DNA of 64,000 nucleotides from Desulfomonilia bacterium (GTDB lineage Bacteria; Desulfobacterota; Desulfomonilia; UBA1062): NCBI GenBank assembly GCA_050014195.1, contig JBEKDT010000001.1, positions 64,001 to 128,000 of the forward strand, read 5' to 3'. Shown piece by piece: positions 59,258 to 64,000 of this stretch (position 1 is its first letter; each line of letters starts with the position of its first letter). The notes under the pieces were generated by a model. It saw only the letters and a program-made list of their open reading frames with translations, ran no database searches and was not told where the DNA came from. The position numbers and the translations under genes were made by a program.

Positions 59258-60477
59258 TATTTTCTTATATTTTCTTGTCTTTGCTTTGCTAAAGTTAGAA
59301 TATCATCATAAGTGACAACTTCAATCTTTGGGTCACGACTTCGAAGTTTTTGTCTATCTATGCCATCTCGGAACTCAGATGCTCTTCCAATTATTACCAT
59401 AAGTCTTGGTCGATATATTTCCATTTTAAACTTAGCTTTCAGCTTCGTTCTATTTTGAGGAATTTCAAACCAATCACAGTATTCTAGGAGTTGAGTTTTG
59501 GCTTCCATAACTGCATCGGCAAATCGCGTTCGATTATTTTGATGTCTGACTATCTTATGGGTTGGTTTCTTAAGCTCAACTATTGCAGCATCTTGAGTTT
59601 CTTGATTTGTTATAATGAAATCTGGGATAAGAGAGCTTTCTTGTTCTCGTGTTAAATAAACGTGGGGATACACTTCTCTAAGATCCCAATTACGTAGAAA
59701 ATGTGTATGTTTCTCAAAGAATATTTGATAGTCTGCTTCAGTAGCCTTTTGATTATTTAACATATCTTCAAGCTCCTCGATTTCATCTAATGTAAATGTC
59801 CCAAATTCATTATGTGAAATTATTGCTCGCTGTGGCACCAAGATTCCAGACTGTCCATGTTGTACATAGTCATCGAGGATACTTGTTATACGAAACTTTA
59901 TTTTGCCCTCTTCTTTTGTTATAATATACTGGAAATCCTCAGCACCATCTTCTAACTGTATGAGAACCTTCAGAAAATCATTTACCTCAGGGATCTCACT
60001 TAGTTGTGTATCAAGTTTACCAGTATATGAGAATGATAATAAATCTATTATAGTGGGACGATCTGAATAGTTATCTCCGGAATCGAATCCCATTTCTATA
60101 ACTGCTCTAAGAAAATGTCGTACTCCTAAGGTATTTTGTCCTTTTGCATAACTGATAGCTCTTAACATCACATCTCTTAGGATATTTCCTCTTGAGCAAA
60201 GAACTGTCTCAGGATCTGGATGTGGCTGTTTAGCAAGAGACACATCTTCATCTATGCCACTAAAAACTTTTAGAATTGCTACGATATCAAGTTTTAGGAA
60301 ACGAGCACTTATAGTATTAAGCTGATAGAGAGCTAAAAACAGGCGCCAATCATGAATCATGGAACCAATATTATTCCTGACTGCTTCAACAATGAGTTGA
60401 TCTGGTTCGAATCCTGCCTTTCTAATCTCACTTAGGAATGGTTTACCAGTGAAAGTTGCAACCATATCTAACTCCAT
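59221..60477 (-). CDS. sduA: Shedu (SduA, DUF4263) anti-phage nuclease
   Basis: EADYQIFF, IPDF, IVELKKP, A..Q..Y, IIGR, VVTYDDIL. Confidence 0.85.
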   Translation of the reverse strand: MELDMVATFTGKPFLSEIRKAGFEPDQLIVEAVRNNIGSMIHDWRLFLALYQLNTISARFLKLDIVAILKVFSGIDEDVSLAKQPHPDPETVLCSRGNILRDVMLRAISYAKGQNTLGVRHFLRAVIEMGFDSGDNYSDRPTIIDLLSFSYTGKLDTQLSEIPEVNDFLKVLIQLEDGAEDFQYIITKEEGKIKFRITSILDDYVQHGQSGILVPQRAIISHNEFGTFTLDEIEELEDMLNNQKATEADYQIFFEKHTHFLRNWDLREVYPHVYLTREQESSLIPDFIITNQETQDAAIVELKKPTHKIVRHQNNRTRFADAVMEAKTQLLEYCDWFEIPQNRTKLKAKFKMEIYRPRLMVIIGRASEFRDGIDRQKLRSRDPKIEVVTYDDILTLAKQRQENIRKYYDSNIVAKYPR

Positions 60478-60691
60478 GCAAACAAACTAATATATAAGAA
60501 ATTAATATATTTAACTTATATCATAGCAATCAGATCTTTCCTATAAGGGGGAACCCCGATTAGGGCGTATGACTCAGATAAGAGATAAATAACACGATGA
60601 ACATACAACTTAGTCTTCATGCTGATTAATGGCACCACTTTGACTCCGTATAAATTCGATAATCTTGGTTTTTCTAATGAGTTCAAAAGAT

Positions 60692-62086
60692 TTATTTACC
60701 TTTTCTACTCCTATTCTTTGGCTTTTTATCATCCATTTTTGGTTTTTGATTTGATCCGGTAAGTTTTTCAAAGATATCTATAGTCTCATAAAGTTTCTCA
60801 CCTAATTTGTTTAGAGAGATGTTATCTGTGTTAGAAGGCTTAAAATCCAATTCCAGTTGAGTCTGTTTAGAATAGCTACTCTCTCTAAGTTCTGATTTTG
60901 GAGGCCAGGAAACAAGTGTTGATATACCTGGAACCAATTCAATAGTTAGACTATTTGCATAATCAGTATTAAAAGATGTATCTGGGTTATCTAACTTCAA
61001 TAACAAATCAAACTCATTGAAGCTAATATCGGAGGTTGGGCTTTCAAATACAATTGATTTACTTAATAATTGTCTTGAAATCCTCCATCCCAATCCGTAA
61101 TTGTATGACATTATATCCGAATTTGGAGTAAGACCCGCACATATACCATACCAGATATAAACTCCAGGGTAATTCCGGAAATACGGTTCTAAAAGTGCCT
61201 GATGCTTAAAGCTTCCAGGTGTGATTTGGTTTGCCAGACATGCAATAGTAAAAGATGCTGATTGTGGATGTATTTGTTTGTTTGAAGTAAGAATTTCACA
61301 GACTTTCTCGTATTGTTCCACACGCACTTCGATCTTAGAATATGTCGAAGGTATCTCGGGGAAATCTATAGGGTGGTGTAGTATTTCTGCAATTTGTGCT
61401 CGAGTTATTTCAAGACCATTGGCTATGGAATTAAGGACATTTTTAATCGGATAAAAGAATAATCTCTCTTGGAAGAAGTTATTATCGTCTAAATTGGCTA
61501 CAATAGCAGAAAGCAAGTTCTGCCAAATACCTTGTAAGTACGTTGAATAAGAAGGCCTAATCGATAGATAAGCAAGCTTGCGAACTGTATCATATCTTCT
61601 TGCAATCTCCATTTTATTATAAGGAGAATTAAGAATGTATGCCATAGCAATAGCATAAGAAAAAGTGCTTCTTGCTGCCATAGAATTCTGGTGCTTTATA
61701 CTTCCATATTTATATAACTCAAATATTTCTCCAATTATTGATCCAACTAATACATTTTCAATTTGAATAGGGAGATCCATTGGTTTAGTATGCTGAAGCA
61801 TTTCAAATTCATTAATATCAATTATTCTTGTGAATGCAGTAACTGGCTTTAACGTCTTGAGGTATGTAGAAGTCCATGCGATAAGTTCCTTTTCTTTCCC
61901 TGTTGGAGTACAAATATAGATGGGAAAGTAGTTATTATGGGAGGGTTCATCTTTCCAAATAAGTAGGAGTTCTTCATCTTTTAGAGATGGAATTAACGGA
62001 AACTGTTGAATACTAAATATGTCTTTGGCATTTCGGCTCTGTAGTAAATCAAGAAATGATTTTTTATCTGCTTTTGCAAAAAACAT
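60692..62086 (-). CDS. Hypothetical protein
   Basis: 464-aa ORF abutting the helicase stop. Confidence 0.7.
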   Translation of the reverse strand: MFFAKADKKSFLDLLQSRNAKDIFSIQQFPLIPSLKDEELLLIWKDEPSHNNYFPIYICTPTGKEKELIAWTSTYLKTLKPVTAFTRIIDINEFEMLQHTKPMDLPIQIENVLVGSIIGEIFELYKYGSIKHQNSMAARSTFSYAIAMAYILNSPYNKMEIARRYDTVRKLAYLSIRPSYSTYLQGIWQNLLSAIVANLDDNNFFQERLFFYPIKNVLNSIANGLEITRAQIAEILHHPIDFPEIPSTYSKIEVRVEQYEKVCEILTSNKQIHPQSASFTIACLANQITPGSFKHQALLEPYFRNYPGVYIWYGICAGLTPNSDIMSYNYGLGWRISRQLLSKSIVFESPTSDISFNEFDLLLKLDNPDTSFNTDYANSLTIELVPGISTLVSWPPKSELRESSYSKQTQLELDFKPSNTDNISLNKLGEKLYETIDIFEKLTGSNQKPKMDDKKPKNRSRKGK

Positions 62087-63256
62087 TTAGTTCTCCACCT
62101 TTTTAAAAAGGTCTTCTACTACAGGTAGTGACGGAGGCCGTTTCAAAGATGCATAAGCCTGTTCAAAATAACCTGGCAATCCATCAATGTGATAAATATA
62201 TAGAGCAGTCTTTGCCCTAGTAACTCCTGTAAAACAAGTATTTCTTTGTTTAGGGAACTTCTTAACATATTCTAAATAACACAAATGAAGAGCGCGGAAT
62301 TCTAACCCTTTTGCACTATGTATTGTTGATACTACTATCGGGCGTTCATAATCAATTTCTCCAGCAATATCTTCGCGCATTTGTATTTTACCTTGCTTAT
62401 AGAAAGATGTACCTCTAAGTAATTCTGAAATACGCCTTAGTTCATCTTTGCGCGGCGTCAATATCCCAATAAACTCAGATGGATACGCTTTAAGTTGAAG
62501 ATCAATTTTACTCAAAACTTCATTGAACATCTCATCTAGAGAATCACATTCATAGTTGTCAACAGATGATGGAGCTACTTTCTCATTATAATTTGAAGTG
62601 CTCGCCATCGAAATGTAATCTTCGGTTTGTTTTGCAATGCCGTCAGCAAGATAGCATATCTTAAGTCCATTTCTGTAGTGATGTTTTAATTGGTGTATAT
62701 TATTTTCGTCGATATAAGTTCTTAGATAGGAAAGGCCGTCATCTCCACTATAAATCTTCTGCTTGATATCACCTACGGCAAATATATTACGCGCCAAAGC
62801 GCGAAACGCATCAATTTCGGCTGGTAAATAATCCTGCACTTCATCAAGCAGTATGTATTCATAAAGGTTCCGGAGCTTTTTATTTTTAATTAATAAATCG
62901 AGTTCTCGACTTAATTGAATCCTGCTCTTTTCAAAATCGTCTGATATGTTGATCTGAATATCGTTTTCTCTAAGAAGTTCAAATGTCCAAGCTCTGCTTG
63001 TTCGGATTTTAGTAGCTGAAAAAGAATAATGAGAAGAACCCGATCTCATAAAGTCTTGTAACTGCCTTGTAAAAACCAATATAATCGAATTGGGATTACC
63101 TGATCTTTGCAAAAAATCAGCTCGTAAGAGTAACAAATTTGATTTTCCAGAGCCTGGAGGACCTAGAACCAGGTGGCTTTGGTTTAATGGCAATGAAATG
63201 ACTGTTTTCTGGTCATCATCAAGCTGATTGGGATTTACCCACCATGTGCTATCCAT
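62087..63256 (-). CDS. Compact UvrD-like SF1 helicase
   Basis: GPPGSGKS, LLDEVQD, VGD..QKIY, HYRN, TIHSAKGLEF, TRAK. Confidence 0.88.
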   Translation of the reverse strand: MDSTWWVNPNQLDDDQKTVISLPLNQSHLVLGPPGSGKSNLLLLRADFLQRSGNPNSIILVFTRQLQDFMRSGSSHYSFSATKIRTSRAWTFELLRENDIQINISDDFEKSRIQLSRELDLLIKNKKLRNLYEYILLDEVQDYLPAEIDAFRALARNIFAVGDIKQKIYSGDDGLSYLRTYIDENNIHQLKHHYRNGLKICYLADGIAKQTEDYISMASTSNYNEKVAPSSVDNYECDSLDEMFNEVLSKIDLQLKAYPSEFIGILTPRKDELRRISELLRGTSFYKQGKIQMREDIAGEIDYERPIVVSTIHSAKGLEFRALHLCYLEYVKKFPKQRNTCFTGVTRAKTALYIYHIDGLPGYFEQAYASLKRPPSLPVVEDLFKKVEN

Positions 63257-64000
63257 CCTGGTCTTTATCCTCCTCTAATCTGTAAACAATCCAAGGATTG
63301 GAGCAAGTTATACTTCTATCAGTTAGTGTAGACTGTGAGTCACATTTGAGCTGTGCTTGATCAAGTACAACGTGCAGCATTTCCTCGATGGAAGCTTTCA
63401 ATTTTACATCATCAATAATATCTTCATAAAATAGAGAAAGATGTTGAATTGCCTGATTAAAATTGATTTTATCTTCCAGAATAGCAGCGCATTGAAGCTG
63501 GATCAACTTAGTGGATAAGTCCACAATAGAAGCTGTAATTAACACAGTGAGATCAGTAGTAAGAGAATGTCTTAATGAAGATGCGAAGCTTACAATTGCT
63601 AATATATCAAATATCTCCTTACTTGGAAAGAATTGGATGATTAGCTTTGGAAATAAGCCATTCCCTATACAGGTTTCTCGAATAGCTGAATCAAGAATAC
63701 TTTGCATGTCATATTTAAATTGCTCGGTTAATCGGGTAGAATCTTCTTTCTGGGCTTCTTGTTTGGTGCAATGCAAAGTTGATTCACTTCTATGTTGTAT
63801 TCGTGCTTTCACTTGCTTCAAATGGTTTGTATTTTTGCGTGGGAATTTAAAATCGTCCCAATCTATCATTCGCAATCTCAATTTCGGCGGCTTTAGAAGA
63901 CACAGTCGGGCAAGGTGGATTAAGTCTGGATCAACATCTTCACAAAATAGCCCAGGGGTCTCGTATTCAATTGCATGTACAAGTTTTGCAAAAGGCTCAG
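63249..64000 (-). CDS. C-terminal part of a probable Ser/Thr protein kinase (5' end outside the window)
   Basis: The frame stays open to the window edge: EPFAKLVHAIEYETP..DLIHLARLCLLKPPKLR, resembling kinase subdomains X-XI. Confidence 0.6.
   Translation of the reverse strand, partial: EPFAKLVHAIEYETPGLFCEDVDPDLIHLARLCLLKPPKLRLRMIDWDDFKFPRKNTNHLKQVKARIQHRSESTLHCTKQEAQKEDSTRLTEQFKYDMQSILDSAIRETCIGNGLFPKLIIQFFPSKEIFDILAIVSFASSLRHSLTTDLTVLITASIVDLSTKLIQLQCAAILEDKINFNQAIQHLSLFYEDIIDDVKLKASIEEMLHVVLDQAQLKCDSQSTLTDRSITCSNPWIVYRLEEDKDQDG

Larger units (their letters stand above)
11658..64000. mobile_element. Integrative conjugative element / genomic island at tRNA-fMet (far end not in window; may be composite)
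   Basis: Integrase abutting the tRNA 3' end, oriT plus relaxase, T4CP plus trb T4SS, AT-rich cargo genes. Confidence 0.85.

Overview
Bases 1-11.6 kb are host chromosome with a deltaproteobacterial-looking gene set (inference): thiolase, acyl-CoA ligase, a sigma54 two-component system, a UDPGP-family pyrophosphorylase and rarA, ending in an initiator tRNA-Met (11581-11657). Everything downstream looks like one integrative conjugative element or island inserted at the tRNA 3' end. Its far boundary is not visible in the window. It carries a tyrosine integrase; a first defence-like cargo block (DUF3800, HNH, HEPN, pentapeptide-ion channel, receiver domain plus unknown, giant SF1 helicase-nuclease); a leading region (DUF2958, IS200, ArdC, DUF4942); a MOBQ-type oriT and TraA; SRAP/umuDC; an S1/P1-like nuclease; AbiGi; a STAND NTPase-nuclease; a trb-type T4SS; and a last defence-like block (Shedu, unknown, UvrD, Ser/Thr kinase running off the end). 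The most striking unannotated signals are non-coding: (1) a ~320-nt multi-stem RNA with its own sigma70 promoter at 38447-38766; (2) six copies of a ~170-200-bp double-hairpin upstream repeat resembling Frpo/CUP ssDNA promoters; (3) integron attC-like sites bounding defence-like genes with no IntI in the window; (4) a diverged GTGCCA-anchored repeat at cargo-module boundaries, one copy interrupted by a 108-bp MITE. All calls come from reading by eye; no searches or folding programs were run.
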